The position numbers and the translations under genes are program-made. A stretch of DNA of 64,000 nucleotides from a bacterium. GTDB taxonomy: Bacteria > Electryoneota > Electryoneia > Electryoneales > Electryoneaceae. The notes under the pieces were generated by a model that was given only the letters and a program-made list of their open reading frames with translations, searched no databases and was not told the DNA's origin. The stretch lies in assembly GCA_963675295.2 (NCBI GenBank), contig CAXXKJ010000002.1:1152001-1216000 (forward strand), given 5' to 3'. Shown here one piece after another: positions 21,491-30,529 of the stretch; the first letter of the stretch is position 1; every line of letters starts with the position of its first letter.

Positions 21491-21881
21491 GGACGTGTCC
21501 GTTCCGGCAATTCAAATCAATGTGAAGCGACCGAACCCAAGATGAAAGCAATCGGCTACAGGTAACAAGAATCTTACGAGTCCGGGCTCCGCTCGGTTCC
21601 CGCTGTTTGCCACCAACGGGACCCCAACGCTAACGCTGTCGATTTCTAAATATAATATGAAAATTGCTAGAAGTAAATACTCTTTTGGGTCATTTTAGGG
21701 ATCGAAGATTCGCGTTACCCTCGCGATAACAACTATATCGCGATTACCAGCTATTGCTGCTGTGATCCTCCGCACACCCTCCAGTGCTCGCCCCGCCTCG
21801 CGAGGCGCTGGTGTCTGTTCGCGGGCGCGCCAGGAGCTCATCACCCCGATCAAATGTCCGTTTGTAAAGTAGCTGAGTCCG

Positions 21882-21977
21882 TCATCCCTCCGGTATCCAG
21901 CTGGCCAATTGTACCTTGATATGGTTGTAATCTGGATCGTCCGCAAGGTTGGTCCACTGGTCCGGGTTTTCACCATG
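21882..21977 (-). pseudogene. 3'-terminal remnant of a third sulfatase paralog
   Basis: HGENPDQWTNLADDPDYNHIKVQLASWIPEG* aligns with HDADDNEWNNLAHDPQYDSIKADLAQWMP and RNVDPQQWDNLATNPDYEPIMQQLRAWIP of the two intact sulfatases. Confidence 0.8.
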
Positions 21978-22373
21978 TTGGGCAAACGACTTCAGGTGGG
22001 GGAGGCTCATTCTTACAGTGCCGGCTGCTCCCGGCATCCCGGCAGATTTTCGGCGGATCATCGAACGCTCGTCCGTTATAATTGGCACCAAACAACGTAG
22101 GAACCGTAAACTACAAGCCTGCGGACGTCTCAGCAACCGGAGAGCCGGATCGTGTGTGATTGGCTCGGCCAATGCGCTCCAGAAATGGAGCAGGTCAACG
22201 CTGAATGCCTGGCCGTCGCCGTGCGTCTCAGGCGAACATTAGATTGCCTGTATTGCAAAAAGTAATGTCTACTATCATGGATACTATAGCCGTAACCGTC
22301 CGCTGCAAGTCGCAATAACTTGGCGGTTTGCCTCTCCAAACTTCGGCGTCGTCAAGAAAATGTTTGCATGGGC

Positions 22374-22405
22374 TTGCATTGACTAAATTGGGGGGGGGGT
22401 AGGTT
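22374..22405 (+). promoter_or_regulatory. Putative sigma70 promoter with a G10 homopolymer in the spacer
   Basis: TTGCAT (22374) / TTGACT (22379) - aaatt - G10 (22390-22399) - TAGGTT (22400). Confidence 0.5.
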
Positions 22406-22496
22406 ACACGTCGAGCGTCTCCGGATTTGTGTCCACGGCGCCAGACGCAATCAGGCGGGACGCACCAATCTGCTGTAACTTACTTGAGGGGGAAGT

Positions 22497-22919
22497 ATGA
22501 AGACGCGACTTTTTCTTGCGGGATCTCTTGCAGTTGTGATGCTCCTCGTGACTCTGCTTGGCGTGAATGCCGGGCAGTTGCCTTCCGCGACGTTGCCGTT
22601 CACGGTCGAGGTGTTCTTGGACTCAACGGCAACCACAACATGGGAGTACATTCCTTCCTTCGGTGGAGAGGGGCATTTCGTCTGGGACTTTAACGTTGTC
22701 TGCCATGACAACGGGGAATTCGCCCAAGCCAGCATGGATATCAGCTCCGCGAACTGGCAGGTTCAGGAGGAACAATGGAGTTACGAGAACGAAGAATTTG
22801 GTTGGTTTAACGATACGGGCGAGGAAGCAGGGACGGCCACATTGCACTGGGAAGGATTTACTGCTGGTGCACACAACCGTCGCGCATATCTTGACATTGA
22901 TGTAGCTGACGAAAACTAG
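22497..22919 (+). CDS. Small secreted acidic beta-rich hypothetical protein
   Basis: GAGGGGG RBS, Sec signal peptide ending GVNA. Confidence 0.75.
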   Translation: MKTRLFLAGSLAVVMLLVTLLGVNAGQLPSATLPFTVEVFLDSTATTTWEYIPSFGGEGHFVWDFNVVCHDNGEFAQASMDISSANWQVQEEQWSYENEEFGWFNDTGEEAGTATLHWEGFTAGAHNRRAYLDIDVADEN

Positions 22920-22927
22920 CATTTATC

Positions 22928-22961
22928 TGACGGTGGCTGCTCGCAGCCACCGTCAATCTTT
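22928..22961 (+). terminator. Intercistronic hairpin (terminator, attenuator or mRNA stabiliser)
   Basis: TGACGGTGGCTGC-tc-GCAGCCACCGTCA followed by ATCTTT. Confidence 0.6.
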
Positions 22962-22974
22962 CATGGAGCCTGAA

Positions 22975-25332
22975 ATGAAATTGATTCCGGGTCTACTTCT
23001 GGTTCTGGTCGCCCTGGTGCCGCTCGCACACGGTGACTGGTCGATGTCAGAACACGGGCAGCTCACGCCTTCAGCCGTGGCAACGGACTCCTTGGGGAAC
23101 AAGATCCTCTTCTGCTCTCCGGTTAACGGCTTCTGGCTATCAGAAAACGCTGGCCAAAGTTGGGAACACATCAACGACCGAATCCTGGAGTCTGGCAGAC
23201 TCTATGCTGGTTTTGCGGGTGCACGAACCTATGTCACAGCAGTCGATCCAAATGCGGATACACTGGTGATAAATGCAAGATCGTACGAACCCAAAACCTA
23301 TCAATCAGAATATCATAGTTTTGATGGTGGTATGACATGGGAACAATATAGTCTATTATCTTTTTGGCCTGATTCTTTATATTATGGATCAAGTGGTGAT
23401 AGGATATTGATTCCAAGAAATCATTCAGAAAGAGTATATTTTCCAAAATCTGTTGGTATCGGAATTACTTACGGTGGTGATGTCTGGAATATTATAAATC
23501 TAAGTCATTTGAGTGAAGGGCTGCAAGGTGTCTTTTTTGAACAAGATAGATCAGATACAATATATATGTATGGACACTATGATGGTGTTGAATGTATGCG
23601 AGGTGGTGTTGTCGCGTCCTACGATGGTGGACTGGGATGGCAAAGGCTTACAGACATGGAGAATATTTATCCGGGAGAGGGTTATTTTCACGATATGATA
23701 CGAATTAGCCCTAGTTCTTTTTTATTATTACATGCCTCACAGACAGAAGACGAGTATCCTGATTTTTTTCGCACGGATGATGAGGGTGAAACCTGGTATC
23801 CGGTATATGCCAGTGGATTACCAGACTGTTGGACTGCTCCAAGAACGTTCTGCTATGTCCCCGAAAGACCAGGTCGAGTATTGATTGGTGCTACTAGTAA
23901 TACAGGAGTTTGGGAATCGAATGATTACGGATATACTTGGAACCGTGTATTCCGAGGCTTACCAATAAATGGAACAGAAGTATTAAACATTCAAAGGAAT
24001 GAATATAGCGGACAGCTCTATATTTCGTTGCATGGACAAGGGTTATACCGTTCATTGGACTTCGGTGACACTTGGCAACTCGTATCTGGGCCACCATGCG
24101 GTATTGAAAGTATTGAATGGCGAGGTATCACTGTCCATGAAGGGGGTATAGCGCAAACATCCAAGAGGGGGTATCTCTGGTATGCTCGAGGAGAATCAAC
24201 CTCTCTGATTCAGCATGAATTTCCAGTCTATGAGGATTCATGGACTGCGGGATATGCTATCAATATGAATAGCAATGAACTCATCTATGTCCAGAATCGG
24301 CATTCATTTCAAAATACGGATCAGGTACTAACAATCCGTTCCTGTGATTTTAATGGCACAGACGAACAATTATTACCGGCATTGACATTAAATAGCACTC
24401 CGGATTATGCAATTATAGTTGATAATGGAGACAGTACAACTTATGTAGGTATTAATCGTGGACAAAACTCACTATTTATATTTGATGAGCAGTCCACAAG
24501 CTGGCTACAGCGAGATTATGGATTCTACGGATTTCAGCCACAACAACACGATGAACGTTTGTATGTCTTCGCAGAAGTCAATAGTGAATGGAAAATAGCC
24601 GTAAGTAATGATGTGGGTATATCGTGGGACTATATAGAATTCCCAGAGCCACTAGATCATGATTTGTGGAGTTTCCAGGGAAACATGCTTTTTCATGAAA
24701 ATGGAATGTATGTGAAGATAGAAAATCGTTGCTGGAAATATGAAAACGAACAATGGCAGATGCGTGGAGTGATTAGTAATGATTATAATTATGGGAGCAA
24801 CTTACATTGGGAAATTATCCCATCACATACAGATATCCTGCTGGTGGCCGGTACAACTGCAAATCACAAACTATGGTCATCTCATGATGGCGGCTGGAAC
24901 TGGGGAGAACAGGAGATTGAGGTTCCTGAACCGTATTGCAGTGAAACAACCTGGCAGTTGAAGTACGACCCGTGGCGTGACCGGTTGTGGTTGGATACGG
25001 GTGTCGGGCTGGCGTATCTGGACGATCCGACATCTGCGGTGGGGGAGGACGTGTGGGTGTTTCAACCCGCGAACTATGTCACCCTGGATGCCTACCCGAA
25101 CCCGTTCAACGCGTCCACGATGATCCGCTACACGTTGACTCGTCCCGGCGACGTCAAGGTGACTGTGTTTGATCTGCTCGGCCGGCGGGTGGCGGAGCTC
25201 TATGACGGCGTCGTGCGTCCGGGTGAACATACCGTCTCGTTCGACGGGTCCGGGTTGTCGTCCGGGACCTATTTCCTGCACCTCGACACGCCGGATCGGA
25301 CGCTCAATCGTAAGCTGACGCTCGTGAAGTGA
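22975..25332 (+). CDS. Secreted BNR/Asp-box beta-propeller protein with T9SS type A-like C-terminal domain
   Basis: Signal peptide MKLIPG...AHG; repeated SxDxGxTW boxes; AYPNPFNASTMIRY...GLSSGTYF...KLTLVK tail. Confidence 0.88.
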   Translation: MKLIPGLLLVLVALVPLAHGDWSMSEHGQLTPSAVATDSLGNKILFCSPVNGFWLSENAGQSWEHINDRILESGRLYAGFAGARTYVTAVDPNADTLVINARSYEPKTYQSEYHSFDGGMTWEQYSLLSFWPDSLYYGSSGDRILIPRNHSERVYFPKSVGIGITYGGDVWNIINLSHLSEGLQGVFFEQDRSDTIYMYGHYDGVECMRGGVVASYDGGLGWQRLTDMENIYPGEGYFHDMIRISPSSFLLLHASQTEDEYPDFFRTDDEGETWYPVYASGLPDCWTAPRTFCYVPERPGRVLIGATSNTGVWESNDYGYTWNRVFRGLPINGTEVLNIQRNEYSGQLYISLHGQGLYRSLDFGDTWQLVSGPPCGIESIEWRGITVHEGGIAQTSKRGYLWYARGESTSLIQHEFPVYEDSWTAGYAINMNSNELIYVQNRHSFQNTDQVLTIRSCDFNGTDEQLLPALTLNSTPDYAIIVDNGDSTTYVGINRGQNSLFIFDEQSTSWLQRDYGFYGFQPQQHDERLYVFAEVNSEWKIAVSNDVGISWDYIEFPEPLDHDLWSFQGNMLFHENGMYVKIENRCWKYENEQWQMRGVISNDYNYGSNLHWEIIPSHTDILLVAGTTANHKLWSSHDGGWNWGEQEIEVPEPYCSETTWQLKYDPWRDRLWLDTGVGLAYLDDPTSAVGEDVWVFQPANYVTLDAYPNPFNASTMIRYTLTRPGDVKVTVFDLLGRRVAELYDGVVRPGEHTVSFDGSGLSSGTYFLHLDTPDRTLNRKLTLVK

Positions 25333-25344
25333 GCAAGGGATGCA

Positions 25345-25433
25345 ACAGACGCAAAAGACGGAAAAGACGCAACAGAAGGAAAAGACAGGAACAGGCAGGA
25401 ACAGGCAGGAACAGGCAGGAACAGGCAGGAACA
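25345..25433. repeat. Tandem 9-mer array followed by (ACAGGCAGGA)x4
   Basis: gcaaaagac ggaaaagac gcaacagaa ggaaaagac, then four exact 10-mers. Confidence 0.9.
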
Positions 25434-25576
25434 ACAGCCTTCACGCCTTCCGTAGCCCTCGATTCACGACTCCCATCGGCGGATCATCTGGAGCCCGGAT
25501 CCTTCATCCGATACGGCCGGATTCAGGAGGACACCCTGCCCTACAATTCGCCGTCCGCCGTCCATAGCCCACAGAT

Positions 25577-27031
25577 TTATCGTGCCCGGGGTGCGATCGC
25601 GTCGGTAGGTGGAATCCAGTCGTCGGGGATCCAGGCACGCAACTGCTGCATGATCGGTTCGTAATCCGGGTTGGTCGCGAGATTGTCCCACTGTTGCGGA
25701 TCAACGTTACGATCGTACAGTTCCTGGTCACCGTTCGCGTAGTGGATATAGTGCCACTGTTCGGTGATGACGGCGTGGTTGCCGGCCTCGAGGGTCATGA
25801 TGGATGGTTCTTCGCGCACACTGGCCGGATTTTCCAGCAACGGCCTCAGGCTCTGGCCTTCGTTGGCCGGATTGGGGGGCAGGTTGCAGAGATCGACGAG
25901 TGTCGGGTAGAGGTCGAGCATGTTGACCGGCTGATGGCAGACCGAGCCCGGCGTGGTCACACCCGGAGCGAGGATGGTCATGATCACGCTGCTTGATTCG
26001 TTCCAGAGCGTCGCTTTTCGCCAGTGCATCTTCTCGCCGAGGTGGAACCCGTGGTCGGCGACGAGCACAATGATGGTGTTGTTCGCGTGCGGGGAACTGT
26101 CGAACTGGTTCAGCAGCCGGCCGACCATTTCATCCATGTAATGAATGGTGGCGAGGTACGCGGCAACCGCCTTGTGCCACTGCTTGCCGTTGACCACATC
26201 CTCGTGGTGCCACGGTTCAATGAAGTTGAACGCCGAGGGCGGCAGATCGTCAAGGTCGGTCGGATTCACCGGCGGCAGGGTGACTTCCGCGATGTTGAAG
26301 CGTTCCATCACCCGGCGCGGTGCGATGGCTGGGAAGTGAGCCTTGTGCGTGCCGTAGAACATCATGAATGGTTCACGAACCCCGTCCTGCAACATTTCGT
26401 TCAGGTTGCGCACCCGCCGGTAGTCGGTCATGATCGCTTCGGGGGTATCGGTCGCGCCCCAGTTGAAGAACTGGGTTCCGGTGGCGTCTCCGTTACCTTC
26501 CAGCAGATAATTCAGTCCATTCCACGGATGGCCGGGCAGGTACGGCTCCTCACCGGGCAGGTCGTGCGTCGCCTTGGCGTCGATGTACTGGTTCCATACG
26601 TCGCGTTCATCGAAATTACCGTGAAACACCTTGCCCGACCGAATGGTAAAGTAGCCGTTATTGAGGAAATAGCGCGGCAAGGTGACAACTTCCGGGACGA
26701 TCTCCCGCCAGTCGTCATCATTGTAAAACACGCCTGTAGAGTTGGGATACTTTCCGGTCAGCAGTGCGGTGCGTGACGGATTGCAGATCGGCGACGCGCA
26801 GTGGGCGTTGGTGAACAGGCAGCCACGGTTCGCGAGTTCGTCGATGTTCGGCGTCATCGTGTCGGGGTGGCCGCCGAGACAGCCAAACCAGTTCGGCGCG
26901 TCTTCGAGCAGAATGAAGAGAACGTTCGGATGAGTCGGCTGGGCATTCGCCTGCTGCGCGAAGGGCAGGGGGGAGACGGCCAACCCGGCGGCGCCAGCGG
27001 AAACATTGCGGATAAACTGTCGGCGTTTCAT
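25577..27031 (-). CDS. Tat-exported Cys-type sulfatase (paralog of 20081..21490)
   Basis: RRQFI Tat signal, CNPSR, GKVFH, ADHGFHLGEK. Confidence 0.95.
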   Translation of the reverse strand: MKRRQFIRNVSAGAAGLAVSPLPFAQQANAQPTHPNVLFILLEDAPNWFGCLGGHPDTMTPNIDELANRGCLFTNAHCASPICNPSRTALLTGKYPNSTGVFYNDDDWREIVPEVVTLPRYFLNNGYFTIRSGKVFHGNFDERDVWNQYIDAKATHDLPGEEPYLPGHPWNGLNYLLEGNGDATGTQFFNWGATDTPEAIMTDYRRVRNLNEMLQDGVREPFMMFYGTHKAHFPAIAPRRVMERFNIAEVTLPPVNPTDLDDLPPSAFNFIEPWHHEDVVNGKQWHKAVAAYLATIHYMDEMVGRLLNQFDSSPHANNTIIVLVADHGFHLGEKMHWRKATLWNESSSVIMTILAPGVTTPGSVCHQPVNMLDLYPTLVDLCNLPPNPANEGQSLRPLLENPASVREEPSIMTLEAGNHAVITEQWHYIHYANGDQELYDRNVDPQQWDNLATNPDYEPIMQQLRAWIPDDWIPPTDAIAPRAR

Positions 27032-27287
27032 CAGAGCAAAGTCAGCTTCGTTGTTTGCAATCAGGTCGTGTACCGTGTCCGGCGGTACGGACGATCATTT
27101 ACCCATGGGCCGCGGTTTCATCGATCCCGGCCTTCCCCCTTACTCCGCAGCCAGAAGATAACGGTTAAAGTCCAAGGATGGTTAAACGTTATCCGTGCGT
27201 TGCACAGAAAGCTCCCCGGAGGAGAGACAGTTCGATACTGGCGGGATTCCCGTCTCCAAAACAAGCCGCTTTGCCCGTGAGCGTGGC

Positions 27288-27830
27288 TCAGACCTCTTCC
27301 ATAACAGTAATGTACGGCAACTCGCGATACTTCTGATCGTAGTCGAGACCGAAGCCGATCACGAACAAATTTGGAATGGAGAAGCAGCTGTAATCGGACT
27401 GGATGTCGATTTCACGCCGTTCCGGTTTGTCGAGCAGCGTGATAGTCTTGACGTATTCCGGTCCACGGGACAGCAGCATGTCACGGGTCAGCTTTAACGT
27501 GTGGCCGGTGTCGATGATATCGTCCACGAGGAGCACTCGCTGTCCGCTGATGTCGGCCTGCAGATCACGTTGGATGTCGATTTCACGGCTGGATTCGGTG
27601 CCGCTGCCGTAGCTGGATGCGACCATAAAATCCAGCTCTTTCAGCGTAGCACCACGGCTGGACAAGGCGCGGACGAGGTCTGCGGTAAACATGAAGCATC
27701 CACGCAGCAAACCCGCGATCACAAAGGGTTTGTCCGTGCCAAGGTCGGTGACAATCTGCTCCGCGAGTTCATCAATCCGTTCCCGGATCTGCCTTTCGGT
27801 CAACAGGGGTTCCTGCCGGGGTGTCAACAT
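27288..27830 (-). CDS. hpt: Hypoxanthine phosphoribosyltransferase
   Basis: LLRGCFMFTADL, SSYG, VLLVDDIIDTGHT, LLDKP, FVIGFGLDY. Confidence 0.96.
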   Translation of the reverse strand: MLTPRQEPLLTERQIRERIDELAEQIVTDLGTDKPFVIAGLLRGCFMFTADLVRALSSRGATLKELDFMVASSYGSGTESSREIDIQRDLQADISGQRVLLVDDIIDTGHTLKLTRDMLLSRGPEYVKTITLLDKPERREIDIQSDYSCFSIPNLFVIGFGLDYDQKYRELPYITVMEEV

Positions 27831-27923
27831 GCTTCGCTCTATGACTTTGGTTATGAAGTTGGGAGTTGAATTCGGGAAAGTAGCGGCTCAAGCCCGGTTT
27901 CACAAGTTGCGATTTTTGACTCG

Positions 27924-27952
27924 TTGCGTTTGCAGGTCGAACGACTTATATT
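27924..27952 (+). promoter_or_regulatory. Putative sigma70 promoter of the histidine kinase gene
   Basis: TTGCGT-N17-TATATT. Confidence 0.55.
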
Positions 27953-27994
27953 GATCAAGCTGATAACGAATCACTCAGTTCTTTGGAGGTTAAG

Positions 27995-28789
27995 GTGGAA
28001 GGAGCGGGGAGCAAGGGACCGGAGACACCTTCGAAGTTCCCTGTACCGGAGGGTGCGCCGGATCCATTGAATCCGGATCACCTGGTGAAAATCGGTATGA
28101 TGGTGGCGGGCATTGCGCACAACATGAATGGTCCGTTGACCGGAATGATGGGCAACATTGATCTGTTGAAGCTGATGCATCCGGAATTGAAGGAAGGTCT
28201 GGAGAAGGTTGCATCGATCGGGCTCCGACTGCGTGAAGATATCCGGATCATGATGTCGAAGACGGTAACCGAGGGCCGGCGTGACGCTCGTGAAATGAAT
28301 CTCGGCGATGTAGTCAAGACAGAGCTCGAATTTTACAAAGCAGATCCTCGCCTGAAACATGAATGCAATTTGATCGTAGAAATAGCAGACGACCTGCCGA
28401 CGTTCAAAGCGGTGAAGGGTGATTTCTGGCAAACCTTCAGCGCGTTCCTGACCAACTCGATGGAAGCGATGAGCAGCAAGACGGGCAAGACGCTGATCAT
28501 CACGGTAAAGCAGGACGGTGAGGAGATCATCCTGAGCGTGCAGGACAACGGCGTCGGGATGGATGCGGAGACGCTGGAGAAAGCGTTTGATCCGTACTTC
28601 ACGACCAAGGAGCCGAGTCTGGAGGGGAAGTATCCACCGACCCTGGCGGTTGGTCTGGGTCTGACACATGCCAAGCACATGATGGACGACATCGGTGTTA
28701 CGATTGAGCTGGAGTCAGAAGTCGGAAAAGGCACGACGGCAACGTTGCGGATACCGTACAAGAAGGTTGAGGCGTTGTACAAGCGTTAA
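27995..28789 (+). CDS. Sensor-less histidine kinase (HisKA + HATPase only)
   Basis: H-box IAHNMNGPL, N-box LTNSMEA, DNGVGM, FDPYFTTK, GLGL; GGAGG RBS before GTG at 27995. Confidence 0.85.
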   Translation: MEGAGSKGPETPSKFPVPEGAPDPLNPDHLVKIGMMVAGIAHNMNGPLTGMMGNIDLLKLMHPELKEGLEKVASIGLRLREDIRIMMSKTVTEGRRDAREMNLGDVVKTELEFYKADPRLKHECNLIVEIADDLPTFKAVKGDFWQTFSAFLTNSMEAMSSKTGKTLIITVKQDGEEIILSVQDNGVGMDAETLEKAFDPYFTTKEPSLEGKYPPTLAVGLGLTHAKHMMDDIGVTIELESEVGKGTTATLRIPYKKVEALYKR

Positions 28790-28814
28790 CAGGAACCGTT
28801 TGCGACATAATGTT

Positions 28815-28846
28815 AGCCCGTACAAGCTTTTGTACGGGCTTTTTTA
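28815..28846 (+). terminator. Intrinsic terminator
   Basis: AGCCCGTACAA-gctt-TTGTACGGGCT followed by a T run. Confidence 0.85.
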
Positions 28847-28923
28847 GTTGAATTCCATGTTCGTCTGATTGTTGGAGGCAAACTGGAATCCAATTTGCGC
28901 TAACGGATTGCGAAAAGGGGAAC

Positions 28924-30381
28924 ATGCATCAATTTGGTCCAATGATGAGTACGAATCGCAAAACGATCATCTGGATTCGCAACGACTTACGTTTCCAGGA
29001 CAATCCCGCGTTGGCGATTGCCGCCGAAGCTGGAGACATTCTACCCGTCTTCATCTGGGACATCGAAAGCCACGGAGCCTGGGCTCCGGGGGCCGCGAGC
29101 CGTGTCTGGTTGCATCACGGATTGAACACCTTCCGCAAGGCGTTGGCGAAGTCGAACGTACCTTTCGTGATCCGTGAGGGCGACAGCGTACAGGAGCTTC
29201 GCAAGCTGGTCGTAGCAACAGGTGCCGATCAGGTAGTCTGGAATCGCCGCTACGAGCCGGCGTTGCGGGCAACGGACGAGCGCGTCAAGCAGGTGCTCGC
29301 GGATGACGGCGTCGAGGTTCAGGACTACCCGGGCAACCTGCTGTTCGAACCGTGGACCGTGGAGACGAAAGCTGGCGACCCGTACAAAGTGTTTACTCCG
29401 TTCTGGCGGACGTGTCTCGACGGGAAAGAACCGCTACCTCCGTTCGCTGTACCGGAGAAGATGCGGGCGTTTGAAAACGTGCCAGCATCTCTCAGCGTGG
29501 ATGATCTCGATCTGTTGCCACACGGCGAGGGTGAGTGGGCGCGCAGCTTGATCCGTCACTGGGAAGTCGGTGAACGGGCGGCATGGGACCGTTTCCAGGA
29601 ATTCCTCAATGATGCCGTCGCGGAGTACGACGAAGACCGTGACCTGCCCGGTATTGATGGGACATCACTGATGTCGCCGTACCTGCAGTTTGGCGAGATC
29701 AGTGTGCGCCGGATGTGGACCGCTGTACGTGCGTTGTCGCCCAAGTCGGATTACCATCAGAAAAGCATTGACCGTTACCTGGCGGAGTTGGGCTGGCGGG
29801 AGTTTGCCCACCACCTGCTCTACCATTTCCCGGATACGACGGACCAGCCGCTCCGGAAGGAGTTCGAGGAGTTTCCGTGGTCAAACGACCTCGTCGAGCT
29901 TGAACACTGGCAGCAGGGTAAAACCGGATACCCGATTGTGGACGCCGGCATGCGTCAACTGTGGCGTGAAGGCTGGATGCACAATCGTGTGCGAATGATC
30001 GTCGCCTCGTTCCTGACGAAGGATCTACTGATTCCGTGGCAGATAGGCGCTCGCTGGTTCTGGGACACGCTGGTTGACGCCAATCTCGCCAACAACACAC
30101 TCGGCTGGCAGTGGACCGCCGGTTGTGGCGCGGACGCGGCCCCCTACTTCCGCATCTTCAACCCAGTGACGCAGGGACAGCGGTACGATCCGGACGGATC
30201 GTATGTGCGTGAATATGTCCCCGAACTGAAAGAACTGGAAGGGGTGGAGGTGCACGAACCGTGGCTGCGGACTGCGCCGGCGCTGTTTGTCAACGGCGAC
30301 GGCCAGTACCCCGACCCGATGGTCGAACACAGCCTCGCTCGCAACCGGGCGTTGATGGCGTACGATCGAATCAAGAAGTAG
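28924..30381 (+). CDS. phrB: Deoxyribodipyrimidine (CPD) photolyase, class I; start may be 28942 or 28945
   Basis: WIRNDLRFQDNPAL, TSLMSPYLQFGEIS, WREF, TGYPIVDAGMRQL, GWMHNRVRM, GWQW..G.GADAAPYFRIFNP. Confidence 0.95.
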   Translation: MHQFGPMMSTNRKTIIWIRNDLRFQDNPALAIAAEAGDILPVFIWDIESHGAWAPGAASRVWLHHGLNTFRKALAKSNVPFVIREGDSVQELRKLVVATGADQVVWNRRYEPALRATDERVKQVLADDGVEVQDYPGNLLFEPWTVETKAGDPYKVFTPFWRTCLDGKEPLPPFAVPEKMRAFENVPASLSVDDLDLLPHGEGEWARSLIRHWEVGERAAWDRFQEFLNDAVAEYDEDRDLPGIDGTSLMSPYLQFGEISVRRMWTAVRALSPKSDYHQKSIDRYLAELGWREFAHHLLYHFPDTTDQPLRKEFEEFPWSNDLVELEHWQQGKTGYPIVDAGMRQLWREGWMHNRVRMIVASFLTKDLLIPWQIGARWFWDTLVDANLANNTLGWQWTAGCGADAAPYFRIFNPVTQGQRYDPDGSYVREYVPELKELEGVEVHEPWLRTAPALFVNGDGQYPDPMVEHSLARNRALMAYDRIKK

Positions 30382-30393
30382 CTGTGGGTGGTT

Positions 30394-30479
30394 GGGGCAC
30401 TTGTTCAGTAAGTGTCCCGGGAGTAGGAACTGAGCTGTACGGAACGCTTGGCGGGACGCATCCTCCGGATGTGTCCCGC
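30394..30479. repeat. Two GGGAC..GTGTCCC-family hairpins
   Basis: GGGGCACTTG-ttcag-TAAGTGTCCC and GCGGGACGCATCC-tcc-GGATGTGTCCCGC; related to the hairpin at 19979. Confidence 0.6.
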
Positions 30480-30529
30480 TCGTCGTTTTGTTGGAACACC
30501 CCCTGCCCTCAGCGCGTACCTTCAGCACC

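Noticed and set aside
22290-22340. GGCAAACC on the minus strand (also at about 32200 on plus) as a c-di-GMP-I riboswitch
   Set aside because: Lacks the GNRA-capped stem and the following GCAAA/second hairpin
20081-27031. Paralogous sulfatase segments as a diversity-generating retroelement TR/VR pair
   Set aside because: Differences are not adenine-specific and there is no reverse transcriptase gene
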